NCBI GenBank assembly: GCA_964608025.1
Contig: CAZSLO010000022.1
Coordinates: forward strand, 31,256-95,255
Length of the DNA stretch: 64,000 bases
Direction of reading: 5' to 3'
Source of the DNA: an uncultured Dehalococcoidia bacterium
GTDB lineage: Bacteria; Chloroflexota; Dehalococcoidia; Lucifugimonadales; CAJWER01
Shown here: positions 37,787 through 47,976 of the stretch, piece after piece
How positions within the stretch are numbered: the stretch's first letter is position 1
Layout: the number at the start of each line of letters is the position of its first letter
The notes under the pieces: generated by a model
The model's input: only the letters and a program-made list of their open reading frames with translations
What the model was told of the DNA's origin: nothing
Databases searched by the model: none
Program-made: the position numbers and the translations under genes

Positions 37787-38839
37787 TTATTCAAATTTAA
37801 GCACTTGGGCTGGATTATCAATCAAGATCCTCTTAATCGACTCCTCATTATAGCCCCTACGGCGCATACGAGGGACGATGCTGGCAAGAATATAGGCATA
37901 GCCATGACCACCGTATCGAAGTAGTTGTTTCTTGTGACACACGTCATGCGCTATAACTATCTTTTCACCAAATCCTTCAGCAATCATCCAAGCGATGTCA
38001 TCCATACGCCTAGAATCACTAGGCATATCTACAGATAAATTATGGATGTATAAAGACTGTTCACTACCAAACAAATCCCACTCCAAGTAACATCCCGTCT
38101 CTGCGATGGCTTTCATGTTGTCCCTCAAGAAAACCGTTCGATCAATGTGGCCCATGATAGTACGTTCTAGGTTAGCATCTACTTCGCGCAATATCTGGAT
38201 GATATCCAACGGGGATCTTTCATATCGTCCCGGGTGTATAAGCAGTGGAGCGCCTGTCGCTCGCTGGGCTCTTCCAGATGCCCTAACAATCTTCTTTTCG
38301 TTCAGGGTTAGTGGATGGCTGCAGCCTACTTCACCTATAATCCCGGCCTTGATTCCTGTATCATCAACCCCGATAGTGATATCTTTCACAATTTGCTGGA
38401 ATATGTCTTCCTCTGTTCGTTCATCCATATCAGCAGGGTGGCTTTCATCAACATAATAAGATGAGCCCATAACTATATTCAGGCCAGTCTCTCTCGCTAT
38501 ACGCGCTAAAGAAACAGGAGCGCGTGCAATACCAATACTGGTAGCGTCGACTACCGACTTTCCGCCGTGTTGTTTAAATAATCGGATCTCGTCAATGGCG
38601 GCATCGACATCTCGAAGCTGGCTATCGGCAAAATTCAAGTAGCCATAGTGCTTTAAATAGCCGATGGTCTCCAGATCGATAGGCCTGTAGTATATATCCC
38701 GTTGGAATGCCTCTTCGGGCGGGGGTCTATCAAAAACCAAGTCGATTAACAGATGTTCATGGGTAAGTGTAATACCAAGTTCCTGAGACGGAATGGTTCC
38801 AAGGACAGTCTGGATTTTGCCAGTTAGTTCCTTAACCAT
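37787..38839 (-). CDS. Phosphotriesterase-homology protein (amidohydrolase superfamily, PTE family)
   Basis: GITLTHEHLLIDL metal-ligand motif, GIIGEVG, later His/Asp ligand positions. About 350 aa. Confidence 0.8.
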   Translation of the reverse strand: MVKELTGKIQTVLGTIPSQELGITLTHEHLLIDLVFDRPPPEEAFQRDIYYRPIDLETIGYLKHYGYLNFADSQLRDVDAAIDEIRLFKQHGGKSVVDATSIGIARAPVSLARIARETGLNIVMGSSYYVDESHPADMDERTEEDIFQQIVKDITIGVDDTGIKAGIIGEVGCSHPLTLNEKKIVRASGRAQRATGAPLLIHPGRYERSPLDIIQILREVDANLERTIMGHIDRTVFLRDNMKAIAETGCYLEWDLFGSEQSLYIHNLSVDMPSDSRRMDDIAWMIAEGFGEKIVIAHDVCHKKQLLRYGGHGYAYILASIVPRMRRRGYNEESIKRILIDNPAQVLKFE

Positions 38840-38899
38840 TACTTTACCTATAATTTGTTAGCAGGTTTTCGTACGATGTGTTGGGGTTATATGCCATCG

Positions 38900-39856
38900 T
38901 CAAATATTCAACTCGGTGCCAACGCCTAGATCCTTAGCCATTGTATATAACTCGAATCCTGCGGCTATGTCTTCAAGCGCAATGCCTTGAGATTCGAAAA
39001 GCGTTATCTCCCTCGGCCCTGTGCGTCCAAGAACCGCGCCCGAGGCTACTTCCCACAATTCTCGCACTCGATGCCAAGTCAGCGTGCCACGTTCAACGGA
39101 GTGAATAAGTTCTGCACACTCTATCCGGGCTTGTTCGACGTCATCCGTAACAACCACATTTGCCCGAGTCACGGTGTTTCCATCCAGTTCCCTGCGAAGC
39201 CAATGATTGCCTCCAGCCGCGTTAATATGTGTTCCGTCTATCATCCATTCTCCCTTCAAAACAGGTGATGAAGAGGAAGTGATTACAGAAACTATATCGG
39301 CATTTTCTACACACTTTTCAGCCGAATCTACAGGAATAACATTGATATCTAATTTTGATGCCATTCTCTTGGCGAAATCTTGACATCGAGAGGGTGTCCG
39401 GCTGTAAACACGAGCTATCTCTATTTCCCTCACCCTACAGATTGCCTCGAGCTGTGTCTCAGCCTGGTAACCAGATCCAATGATTCCTACGTCCTTAGAA
39501 TCGTCTCGCGCCATATATCTGGTAGCTACACCACTGGCTGCTCCTGTTCGTATTTGACCCATGCGGTCCGCCTCGATCACAGCGATCAAATCTCCTGTAG
39601 CAGAGTCATTTAAATAGACGTAAAATCGGGCTTTCCCATCCTTGAAAGTACTATACGACTTCATCCCTAAAACACCGAGATTTATATCGGCTGCCGCCAT
39701 GAAATGGAACATTCCATGTCCCAAGGGGATGCGGCGACGAGGACTATTTGAGGCTTTTCCTAATGCCTGATGCCGGAAAGATTTCTCCAAGACATTGATC
39801 GCGATATCCATCGAAAAGAGTTCTTCAACATCATTTTCTTTCAGGAAAAGCACCAA
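38900..39856 (-). CDS. Ornithine cyclodeaminase / mu-crystallin family protein
   Basis: Family-typical length and the IGSGYQAETQLEA Rossmann segment. GGGAGG SD 6 nt before the TTG start. Confidence 0.75.
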   Translation of the reverse strand: MVLFLKENDVEELFSMDIAINVLEKSFRHQALGKASNSPRRRIPLGHGMFHFMAAADINLGVLGMKSYSTFKDGKARFYVYLNDSATGDLIAVIEADRMGQIRTGAASGVATRYMARDDSKDVGIIGSGYQAETQLEAICRVREIEIARVYSRTPSRCQDFAKRMASKLDINVIPVDSAEKCVENADIVSVITSSSSPVLKGEWMIDGTHINAAGGNHWLRRELDGNTVTRANVVVTDDVEQARIECAELIHSVERGTLTWHRVRELWEVASGAVLGRTGPREITLFESQGIALEDIAAGFELYTMAKDLGVGTELNI

Positions 39857-39889
39857 TCATTTCCTCCCATACATCACACGATGTCTATA

Positions 39890-40684
39890 TTATGTCTCTA
39901 GATGGTAAAAATGGTTCAGTGGGCCATGTCCGCGTCCGATCGGCACCGCATACTGGATCGCACCAGTAACATACTCCTTGGCAATGGCCACCGCTTCCTG
40001 AATTGGCACACCTTTGGCAAGTCCGGCAGCTATAGCCGAACTAAAAGTACAGCCCGTCCCATGGGTACTATTGGTGTTGATCCTAGGTGACTCAAAGATC
40101 TTGAATTCTCTTCCGTCGAAGTAAATATCTGATGCCGGACCGTCCAGATGTCCACCCTTAACCACTACTGCCCTTGGACCCATGGCAAATATATCGCTAG
40201 CAGCATCACGAGCATCGTCCGAATTTTTTATACCTTTGTCCGTAAGTACTTGGGCTTCTGGAATATTAGGAGTTACGAGAGTAGCAATTGGCACGAGATG
40301 TGTCCTTAAAGAATCAACGGCATCTTCGCGTAGAAGCCTGTCGCCACCCTTTGCCACCATGACTGGATCTACTACTATGTTATTGAGTTCATATTCCTTC
40401 ATCTGTTCTACGATTACTTCTATGATGGAAGAACTGGACAACATACCAATCTTGACCGAATCTGTTCCTATATCGGTAATTACCGCATCTATCTGAGCCT
40501 TAATAAGTGGAACAGGCATCTCTAGAACATCGGTGACGTGCTGTGTATTCTGGGCCGTGATTGCTGTAATGATAGAAGATCCGTAGACACCGTTAGCTGC
40601 AAAGGTTTTTAAGTCAGCCTGAATTCCTGCTCCTGCACCTGAGTCAGATCCTGCTATAGTCATAGCACGGTAGACGGGATTCAT
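39890..40684 (-). CDS. thiD: Hydroxymethylpyrimidine / phosphomethylpyrimidine kinase
   Basis: TIAGSDSGAGAGIQADLKTF, VKIGML, VDPVMVAKGG and THGTGCTFSSAIAA motifs. Confidence 0.92.
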   Translation of the reverse strand: MNPVYRAMTIAGSDSGAGAGIQADLKTFAANGVYGSSIITAITAQNTQHVTDVLEMPVPLIKAQIDAVITDIGTDSVKIGMLSSSSIIEVIVEQMKEYELNNIVVDPVMVAKGGDRLLREDAVDSLRTHLVPIATLVTPNIPEAQVLTDKGIKNSDDARDAASDIFAMGPRAVVVKGGHLDGPASDIYFDGREFKIFESPRINTNSTHGTGCTFSSAIAAGLAKGVPIQEAVAIAKEYVTGAIQYAVPIGRGHGPLNHFYHLET

Positions 40685-40895
40685 TTGAATGCTCCTGTCA
40701 CCTCCGGGTTCAAGGCATCGTGTCGATTCACGCCAGATCTTTCAAATCATTGGCTCTTTTTTCTTTAGCAGGTCTCCGGATAATATCCTGTAATAGTTGA
40801 ACACTCCTGCCTACGATGCGCATCTCTCGTCTTTTTCGTTGTTTTTGTTCTCGACAAGCACCCTTGGTCTCATCTTCATTAAATCGACCCACGAA

Positions 40896-41564
40896 TTATT
40901 CTCCTTCCAGCCACTGTTGACCTTTATAGGCAGCCTGCCAAAACATGTATTCGTATCGGAGTGCAGTCAAGAACAGATACTCGGTTCGCACAATTACTTT
41001 CGATAGGTCGATCTCGGCAAGATACCGATCCAGCCAGTCTACAAAATCACCCAAGACGTTAGGACCATGTAAGTTTATCCATTCCTGGTAGACATTATTA
41101 ATAACCCTTCTATTAGGGTTTTGGAGTAACCTCGTGCCCCAGTCTAAGTACGTGCCCTCGGTGACATAGAGTATCGTAGCAACGTCCTCGAAGGAGCCTT
41201 CCAAGGCTACACGGACTATGAAGTCCCCAAAGGCTTGGGTAGTGGGAGACGCACTTACAGCAGAATATTCATTCTCATTCACTCCAAGTTCTTTGAAAGT
41301 CCTAACGAAAAGATCATTCTCAGGATCTATGATGCCAGCAAGAAAATCACTTAAAATGGACGCAGCTTCCATAGAAGGGGCTTTTGAAATACCTAATGCT
41401 GTCATAGTGACTAAATCTTTGATAAACACGTAGTCTTGGGCAAAATATGTAATGAATTTTTGTTCAGGTAGAGTTCCTTCTCCCATTTCTAGCACAAAGG
41501 GATGGGTGACTGTCTTTTCCCAAAGATATCTGTGGCTCATTTTCAACTGCTGGATGGATGACAT
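40896..41564 (-). CDS. tenA: Aminopyrimidine aminohydrolase / thiaminase II (TenA family)
   Basis: HPFVLEMGEGTLPEQKFITYFAQDYVF and the C-terminal YEYMFW motif are typical of TenA. Confidence 0.85.
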   Translation of the reverse strand: MSSIQQLKMSHRYLWEKTVTHPFVLEMGEGTLPEQKFITYFAQDYVFIKDLVTMTALGISKAPSMEAASILSDFLAGIIDPENDLFVRTFKELGVNENEYSAVSASPTTQAFGDFIVRVALEGSFEDVATILYVTEGTYLDWGTRLLQNPNRRVINNVYQEWINLHGPNVLGDFVDWLDRYLAEIDLSKVIVRTEYLFLTALRYEYMFWQAAYKGQQWLEGE

Positions 41565-41594
41565 ATATTTCTGGTTGTGGCCTAGTATTTATTT

Positions 41595-43094
41595 TCAGCC
41601 AGAAATTAGTCTGACTTGCTTTTTTAACATTGAGAAGTCATACAACTCATCCGTTTCAATGTCACGTCTGGACCAAGACATGACAAGACTCGCAAGAGTT
41701 GACCCTCCCAATGCTAACCCGAAGCTTACGATAAGTTGTGTGGCCCAGTTAATGTCGATAATCCATCCTGTTAAATATGGTGCGGCCGGGGTAGGGAAAA
41801 ACAATGTGCCCAATATCAACCCAATAATGCTGCTTCCAACAGCTGACCGGCCATCAAATTTTCGCGAGTAGAGTCCCCAGAATACAGGGACCACCGCAGC
41901 AGCACAGACCATATCGGCGATAAGGAACATATAGAGCACACTATATCCCTGCGATGCGATGAATATGGCTGGGAGAACAAGTATCACCGTGAATCCTCTG
42001 GAAGAGCGAATCAGGGCATCACCATTCATCTGGCTTCTTATTCTCGCAAGGTCACTGGTTACAGTACTCGCGATACCGTTGAGCAAAGTATCCATGCTAC
42101 TCATCACTAGAACAAGAGCCAAGATAAGCACTGCCACTCCAACCCATGTAGGCAATATTGCTTCAACCAGAGAAAAAACCGCGACAGAAGGATCATCGAC
42201 GATTCCCTCACCCACGGCCCATATGCCTAATATTCCGGCAAGAAGAATTACTGGGACCACCACTATCCCGGATAATGCAAATCCACGCCTCAGCGCAATA
42301 TCATCTTTACAGGCATAAATTCGTTGCCAAAAACCCTGGTGGAACATGTTCGCAGCAAGAATGGCGATAATCAGAGTAGCTCCGAATTCTAACCCCGGAC
42401 GATATGAAAGCGAGAGAAGTTGGGGCATATCAGAACTTACAGGCCCAAATGCTCCATTTAAACCTCCAAGACCTGTCGCAGCTACTACAAGTATGAGGAC
42501 GAGAAGCGGCAGTATTAGAATAAACTGTATCCCGTCCGTGAAAATAGATGCTCGGAGACCACCGTATGCTGTATACGTAACGGTGAGTAGTCCGACTATA
42601 AGGGCTGTCACACCCAAGTTGGCGCCTGAAAGGAGATTGACAGCCTTTGCTATACCGGTAAGTTCAGCAGATAAGAATACGAACATATAAAATGCCGTGA
42701 CTCCCAGAATGAACAAATACATAGTCTTCCCGTATCGGTGCCAAACGTATTCGATTAACGAATGTCCCTCTGGCATCAGGGACCTCATCCGCGGCCCAAC
42801 TATCACAAATGCGACAAGAGGGGCAGCTTGCCCCAATCCATATCCAATCAAGGCCATAAGTCCGGCCCAAGTACCTGCCTCGGCTGGGCTGAAAAGTATC
42901 CATGCCCCAATAACTGACGCTACGAGGGTTGCAGTCGCAAGATTTCCGCCTGCACTATTTCGAGCAACCAGATAGTCCTCCGCACTTAGCTTTCTTTTAC
43001 GAATAAAAAGAACTCCAGACACGACAAAAAGACCTGCGGTGCTCAAGGCGATAAGAACTGCCAGCGAGCTATCTATCATCTCCATACTCTCCAT
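41595..43094 (-). CDS. Sodium:solute symporter (SSS) family transporter under TPP-riboswitch control; candidate thiamine-precursor importer (ThiV-like)
   Basis: About 13 hydrophobic helices with SSS-type architecture. Immediately downstream of the THI-box and its terminator, and upstream of tenA. Confidence 0.7.
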   Translation of the reverse strand: MESMEMIDSSLAVLIALSTAGLFVVSGVLFIRKRKLSAEDYLVARNSAGGNLATATLVASVIGAWILFSPAEAGTWAGLMALIGYGLGQAAPLVAFVIVGPRMRSLMPEGHSLIEYVWHRYGKTMYLFILGVTAFYMFVFLSAELTGIAKAVNLLSGANLGVTALIVGLLTVTYTAYGGLRASIFTDGIQFILILPLLVLILVVAATGLGGLNGAFGPVSSDMPQLLSLSYRPGLEFGATLIIAILAANMFHQGFWQRIYACKDDIALRRGFALSGIVVVPVILLAGILGIWAVGEGIVDDPSVAVFSLVEAILPTWVGVAVLILALVLVMSSMDTLLNGIASTVTSDLARIRSQMNGDALIRSSRGFTVILVLPAIFIASQGYSVLYMFLIADMVCAAAVVPVFWGLYSRKFDGRSAVGSSIIGLILGTLFFPTPAAPYLTGWIIDINWATQLIVSFGLALGGSTLASLVMSWSRRDIETDELYDFSMLKKQVRLISG

Positions 43095-43112
43095 ATTCCC
43101 AAGTTCATAAAT

Positions 43113-43140
43113 AAAAAAACCACCCCGGATGATTGGGTGG
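43113..43140 (-). terminator. Rho-independent terminator forming the expression platform of the TPP riboswitch
   Basis: Minus strand reads CCACCC-AATCATCCG-GGGTGG followed by U7, 19 nt before the transporter ATG. Confidence 0.8.
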
Positions 43141-43154
43141 CCTGATCTGAGATC

Positions 43155-43252
43155 GTTAACCAGTTCCCTTCGCTGGCATTATCCAGATCAGGTTATCGGG
43201 GTCGCCCCGCTAGACCGGGACCTCTCAGCCTGGATACCAAGCTCCCCCAAAG
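43155..43252 (-). promoter_or_regulatory. TPP (THI-box) riboswitch aptamer
   Basis: Minus strand contains GGCTGAGAGG (CUGAGA; plus-strand tctcag at 43223-43228) and ACCTGATCTGGATAATGCCAGCGAAGGGAA (plus 43164-43193), the near-invariant THI-box core. Confidence 0.9.
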
Positions 43253-43325
43253 TGAATATTCAACTATGGCTAGTCTAGAAAATTATAGCCCGCGGGTCAA
43301 TGTTCGAAAAAGTATGCACCATACT

Positions 43326-44096
43326 CTAGGAGAGCCTGTTACATTCATCGAGATGGGCCGTTGGCTTCCATCCCAAAAGTTGGCGAGCCTTACTAAGATT
43401 CACCTCTTCCTCGTTTTCGTCCCCTGCTATAAAGAACGGATCAAATCGTGCAACACGCCCTTGTACAAACTCGGCTGCGGCTATATATGCTGTTGCAAGA
43501 TCGCGCTCTTCGGTGACCCAAAGATGGCCTGGGTCACTCTTGGGCACCTTTCTACCTTCTATCCATCCTTTCCTATCTCGGGGTCCAGTTATCCGTAAAG
43601 CTGCTATCGACATCCCAAACTCTTTGCAAAAATACCGGCATATTCGCTCCCCAAAACCCTTAGTTAATCCATACACACCTGGATTATCTAAGGGTACTTC
43701 CTCCTCAGCAAAGAAACGGGTCCTGTTACGGGCATGTACGGTAAAAGTGCTGGTATGTACCCCGTTCATGATTCCCATTGACTGGGCTGTATAGAGTAGC
43801 AGGTGGAGACCAAGGGTATTGACACTGTAATTAGCCACTATATCGTCAACTGAGGCGCGGTTCGAATGAGGGTCAGTTGGATGCATCATCACCATGTTAA
43901 TAAAAGAGTCTACTCCATCAAGTGCCCTAACTATCGATTCAGGGTCTGTTATTGATCCTTCTACAAATTCTACGCCTTCCACTTTAGGCGGAACTATGTC
44001 CAATACGCGGAATTCATGCTTTTGGCGCATGTATGGAAGTGTCCAAGTCGCTACTCGACCTGAGCCACCTGTAATCAATATTTTCATGTTACCCAT
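43326..44096 (-). CDS. NAD-dependent epimerase/dehydratase family (extended SDR)
   Basis: MKILITGGSGRVA Rossmann motif. YGLTKGFGE catalytic YxxxK. Confidence 0.75.
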   Translation of the reverse strand: MGNMKILITGGSGRVATWTLPYMRQKHEFRVLDIVPPKVEGVEFVEGSITDPESIVRALDGVDSFINMVMMHPTDPHSNRASVDDIVANYSVNTLGLHLLLYTAQSMGIMNGVHTSTFTVHARNRTRFFAEEEVPLDNPGVYGLTKGFGERICRYFCKEFGMSIAALRITGPRDRKGWIEGRKVPKSDPGHLWVTEERDLATAYIAAAEFVQGRVARFDPFFIAGDENEEEVNLSKARQLLGWKPTAHLDECNRLS

Positions 44097-44123
44097 CTCT
44101 CCATGAAAACGCGATCTTAGCTC

Positions 44124-45308
44124 TTATCTACGTGATATTCTCATCCCTACAGCCCCTCCACCACCATGACACACAGCCGCAATTCCATTCTCTAGCCCCC
44201 GCTGTTCAAGAGCATGGAGTAGAGTAACTAAGATACGTGCACCACTAGCACCTATAGGATGTCCCAACGCAACCGCCCCGCCGTTCACGTTGATTTTTTC
44301 CCAGTCCCAGTCCAATTCCTTACCATTGGCAACAACCTGTGCAGAAAATGCTTCATTGACATCAAGCAGGTCCACATCAGAAAGGCCCATCCCAGCTTGT
44401 TTTAATAGATTTCGGATTGCTTGGGATGGTGCTTCAAAGAGCCTTGCTGGCTCATTGGCAACAAAGGCCTGATCTTCTATAAAAGCTGTTGGCTCTAGTC
44501 CCATTGATTTGGCTTTTTTTTCTGAAGTAATTACCAAAGCTGCAGCGCCATCTGAGATTTGAGATGAGTTTCCTGATGTAACAGAATTATGAGGGGGGAA
44601 TGGAGTTGATAATCGTGACAGAATCTCAAGATTTGTGTCCGAACGAGGTCCTTCGTCGATTTCAACCGTGGTTGATTCTTGACGCCCAGGCACAACAACT
44701 GGAGATATCTCATTGACGAAGCTACCGTTCTCTATAGCCTTGGATGCTTTCTGATTGCTACCCAAGGCAAACTCATCTTGTTCACTACGTGTAACTTCAA
44801 AATCTATAGCGGTTTTCTCAGCCAGCGTTCCCATATGGCTATCGCTGAAACAACACCAGAGGCCATCATGGACCATAGAGTCAATCAGTTTCTGGTCACC
44901 AAGACGTTGTCCAACCCTACTATCTGGTAACACATGAGGCACGCGGCTCATATTTTCCATCCCTCCTGCAACAACGACATCGGCATCACCAGCCCTAACC
45001 ATCAAGCCGGCAAGCACAACTGCCATCATCCCAGACGCACATACCTTGTTTATGGTAAGTGCGGATTGAGTATCAGGTATACCAGCTCTGATAGCTGCTT
45101 GCCTTGCAGGAGCTTGCCCTATACCGGCAGACAGTACATTTCCCATTATCGTGTAATCGACTACCCCGGGTTCTAATTTGGCCTTGTCGAGTGCCGACCG
45201 AATGGCTACAGCTCCCAGTTCTGTCGCAGGTATACTGGATAGAGTGCCGTTAAGTTTTCCTATCGGAGTCCGGGCACTACTGAGTATTGCTATCGGAATT
45301 TTATCCAT
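44124..45308 (-). CDS. Acetyl-CoA C-acetyltransferase (thiolase II)
   Basis: NKVCASGMMAV active-site Cys context, NVNGGAVALGHPIGASGARI, CHGGGGAV. 8-nt overlap with the upstream aldolase gene. Confidence 0.9.
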   Translation of the reverse strand: MDKIPIAILSSARTPIGKLNGTLSSIPATELGAVAIRSALDKAKLEPGVVDYTIMGNVLSAGIGQAPARQAAIRAGIPDTQSALTINKVCASGMMAVVLAGLMVRAGDADVVVAGGMENMSRVPHVLPDSRVGQRLGDQKLIDSMVHDGLWCCFSDSHMGTLAEKTAIDFEVTRSEQDEFALGSNQKASKAIENGSFVNEISPVVVPGRQESTTVEIDEGPRSDTNLEILSRLSTPFPPHNSVTSGNSSQISDGAAALVITSEKKAKSMGLEPTAFIEDQAFVANEPARLFEAPSQAIRNLLKQAGMGLSDVDLLDVNEAFSAQVVANGKELDWDWEKINVNGGAVALGHPIGASGARILVTLLHALEQRGLENGIAAVCHGGGGAVGMRISRR

Positions 45309-46347
45309 TAACTGAATCTCCCCGCATCACGCGCTGAACAGCCATAAGAGTAGATTCAACGTCCTCTCTAGAAATTTCGTAATGCGTCACCATTCGAATT
45401 CTGTTACCCAGCGCAAAACAATGCACATTCTCCGCTCTTAGCTCCTCTTCAATAACCCCAGCCGGCTTAATCGTTGTCTCAAAAAAGACTATGTTTGTAT
45501 TTATTTTTTCCGGATCTATAACGATGCCATTTATATCGGCGAGGCCTTCAGAGAGTCTTTTTGCATTCGCATGATCGTCCACCATTCGGTCTATCATTGT
45601 TTCCAAGGCCACTATCCCAGCAGCGGATATAATACCTGTCTGCCGCATCTCACCTCCGACAATCTTGCGTTGTTTTCTCGCTTCTTCAACAAACTCTCTG
45701 CTACCACAAACCACCGATCCTATAGGACAGGCAAGTCCCTTTGAAAGACAGAAAGATACCGAATCGGCATTTCCGACCAATTCGGCTGCAGACAAACCTA
45801 ACGCCACAGAGGCGTTGAAAAGACGCGCACCATCTACATGCAATCTTGCATCTTTTCTCTTAACCACCTCGGAAACTTCAGCAAGATATGGGATATCCAA
45901 GGGCATCCCGTTGGTACCGTTATGGGTATTTTCGATACATACGAGGGTTATCCTATTGCCCTGATCAGGTCCGTTATTTAATGACAATTCGACATCTTCT
46001 AATGGCATTTCCCCGTTCTGTTCCTGCACAATGCGAACAGAGATCTGGGCATATGTCGGATGGCCATGAGCCTGATCAACACTCCAGGCCATATGTGATT
46101 GTTTTCCTATCAGCATGGCTTCTCCAACGCTCACCTGGGACAAGGCCGACACGAGATTACCCATTGAACCACTGGCTACCAATAATCCTGCCTCGGTTCC
46201 GGTATGTTCAGCAGCGAGCTCCTCCAAACGCCGAGTGGTAGGATCTCCTTCTAGACCATCATCGCCAACCTCTGCTTCATACATAGCCCTGCGCATTTCG
46301 GGCGTTGGCTTAGTTACTGTGTCGCTTCGAAGATCTATACCGTCCAC
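45301..46347 (-). CDS. ltaE: Low-specificity L-threonine aldolase (PLP-dependent)
   Basis: DLRSDTVTKPT N-terminus, HVDGARLFNA, and SFCLSKGL (PLP-lysine context). Confidence 0.85.
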   Translation of the reverse strand: MDGIDLRSDTVTKPTPEMRRAMYEAEVGDDGLEGDPTTRRLEELAAEHTGTEAGLLVASGSMGNLVSALSQVSVGEAMLIGKQSHMAWSVDQAHGHPTYAQISVRIVQEQNGEMPLEDVELSLNNGPDQGNRITLVCIENTHNGTNGMPLDIPYLAEVSEVVKRKDARLHVDGARLFNASVALGLSAAELVGNADSVSFCLSKGLACPIGSVVCGSREFVEEARKQRKIVGGEMRQTGIISAAGIVALETMIDRMVDDHANAKRLSEGLADINGIVIDPEKINTNIVFFETTIKPAGVIEEELRAENVHCFALGNRIRMVTHYEISREDVESTLMAVQRVMRGDSVNG

Positions 46348-46624
46348 GTCCTGCTCCAGCTATTCAAGATGTATATCATGTTAACGGATTATAGGGTGGT
46401 CGAATAAGACCACGCAAAAGACTTGGTCCACCATCATGCCATCCATAGATTAACTCCATAACACAGAGCAGTGATTGGAAACATTGTTCCTAAACCATAT
46501 TCCCACCGCAACAACACTTTGTTCTTGATCTATAAGGCACGAAATAGACCGCGAACTCCATTGCTTAGCCGGTCCTCTTTGCCATCAAAGCAGGATTGAC
46601 ACGAAAGTCCCTCGGGTTCCACTG

Positions 46625-47893
46625 CTACGGCAAAACATGGACATCGCCCAAAGGCAGTCCGCTGGAATATATACGACGAAATGTCATCAGTCGCCAACTG
46701 ATGATCATTGCCATTATGAACAAGATTCCTCCAATGCCCAGTAATAATGATGCTCTCAGGTGATCAGCTAATACTCCATTGAAAAGGTTTGCAATCGCCA
46801 TCATTCCACCAATATGAACAGAATATACTGCACCGACCCTTCCACGAATCCCGTCGGGTAAGATAGACTGGATCATAGTATGTGTCAGTGTCATAAACCC
46901 TGCCTGGGTTGCTCCCATTGCAGCGGCACTCATTAGAGCCATAGGCATTGTGGTAGACACGGCCAACGCAACTGGCGAAAGTCCGCTAAACACTCCGAGG
47001 CTCAAAAATATTTTCCCCTTGGAGGTTTCATTTCTGATCCCAGCTAGCACACCCACAGAGGTCAAGGCACCAGCGCCAACAGCCATCATCATGAAACTAA
47101 AGCCGGCACCTTTAGCATCAAGTTGTTGCGATGATAGTACTGGCAGCAAAGACTCAAACGACATAGTCAAACCACAATGGAATAGGGCCAAAAGGACTAT
47201 GGCAAGCAGGGTAGGTGTCTTATAAACGTAGATCAATCCAGCTCCAAGATTGGAGATAAAGGATCTGTTGGGATCAATACTACCCGTAGAGCAAGTCTGG
47301 ATTCTCATGACCTGTAAGAAACCAACCAAATAGAATGCTGAGCACATGAAAAACGCCCCTTCAGCACCGATAGTTGAAAGTAGTGGGGCTATAGCTCCGG
47401 GGCCAAGAAGCCGGGAGCCATGGCCAGCTGCTTGATTTAACGAAATGGCATTGAGAAGAATGCGGCGAGGAACGAGGTTGGGTATCAGGGCCTGAGAGGC
47501 AGGCATCATAGCAGCCCGAGCAGATCCATTAACAAAAGCCAGTAATACTAGTGTCCAAACATTGACTGTATCGGTGACCACAAGAGCCCCAAGCACAAGG
47601 TTGTGTGCCGTATTTATCGCAAACATTGCTGCTATAACTGAGCGGCGGTCAAATCGATCTGACAAATACCCAGTAAACGGGGTCACCAAGACTCTGGGAA
47701 TCATCGCTGCAAAGGTTACGATCCCGACCCAAAGTGATGAGTCGGCTATTGTGTAAACGAGCCAGCCACGAGCAACGATTAGAGCCCAGGCAGCCGCTCC
47801 TGCTGACAGGCTAGCGATCCACAAGGTCCGGAAGTCGCTATAGGAAAGCGATTCCAAGTAATGTGGCAGCCTACTCCGAGCTTGTTTCTTCAC
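46625..47893 (-). CDS. MFS transporter (EntS/DUF894-like subgroup)
   Basis: N-terminal FRTLWIASLSAGAAAW signature, GYLSDRFDRR loop, 12 hydrophobic helices. Confidence 0.8.
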   Translation of the reverse strand: MKKQARSRLPHYLESLSYSDFRTLWIASLSAGAAAWALIVARGWLVYTIADSSLWVGIVTFAAMIPRVLVTPFTGYLSDRFDRRSVIAAMFAINTAHNLVLGALVVTDTVNVWTLVLLAFVNGSARAAMMPASQALIPNLVPRRILLNAISLNQAAGHGSRLLGPGAIAPLLSTIGAEGAFFMCSAFYLVGFLQVMRIQTCSTGSIDPNRSFISNLGAGLIYVYKTPTLLAIVLLALFHCGLTMSFESLLPVLSSQQLDAKGAGFSFMMMAVGAGALTSVGVLAGIRNETSKGKIFLSLGVFSGLSPVALAVSTTMPMALMSAAAMGATQAGFMTLTHTMIQSILPDGIRGRVGAVYSVHIGGMMAIANLFNGVLADHLRASLLLGIGGILFIMAMIISWRLMTFRRIYSSGLPLGDVHVLP

Positions 47894-47976
47894 ATCAAGC
47901 CTGACACTAACAACTGATCCTCAATCCAACTACCGCGGTTCGCGGCAAAAACCATTTTTGGGTGGATCATGGTTTG

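Noticed and set aside
40685-40895. Possible second TPP riboswitch or small gene in the 211-nt gap between tenA and thiD
   Set aside because: There is no CUGAGA or CCAGCG THI-box core on either strand. The only ORF is a 22-codon minus-strand frame (MKMRPRVLVENKNNEKDERCAS) without an SD.
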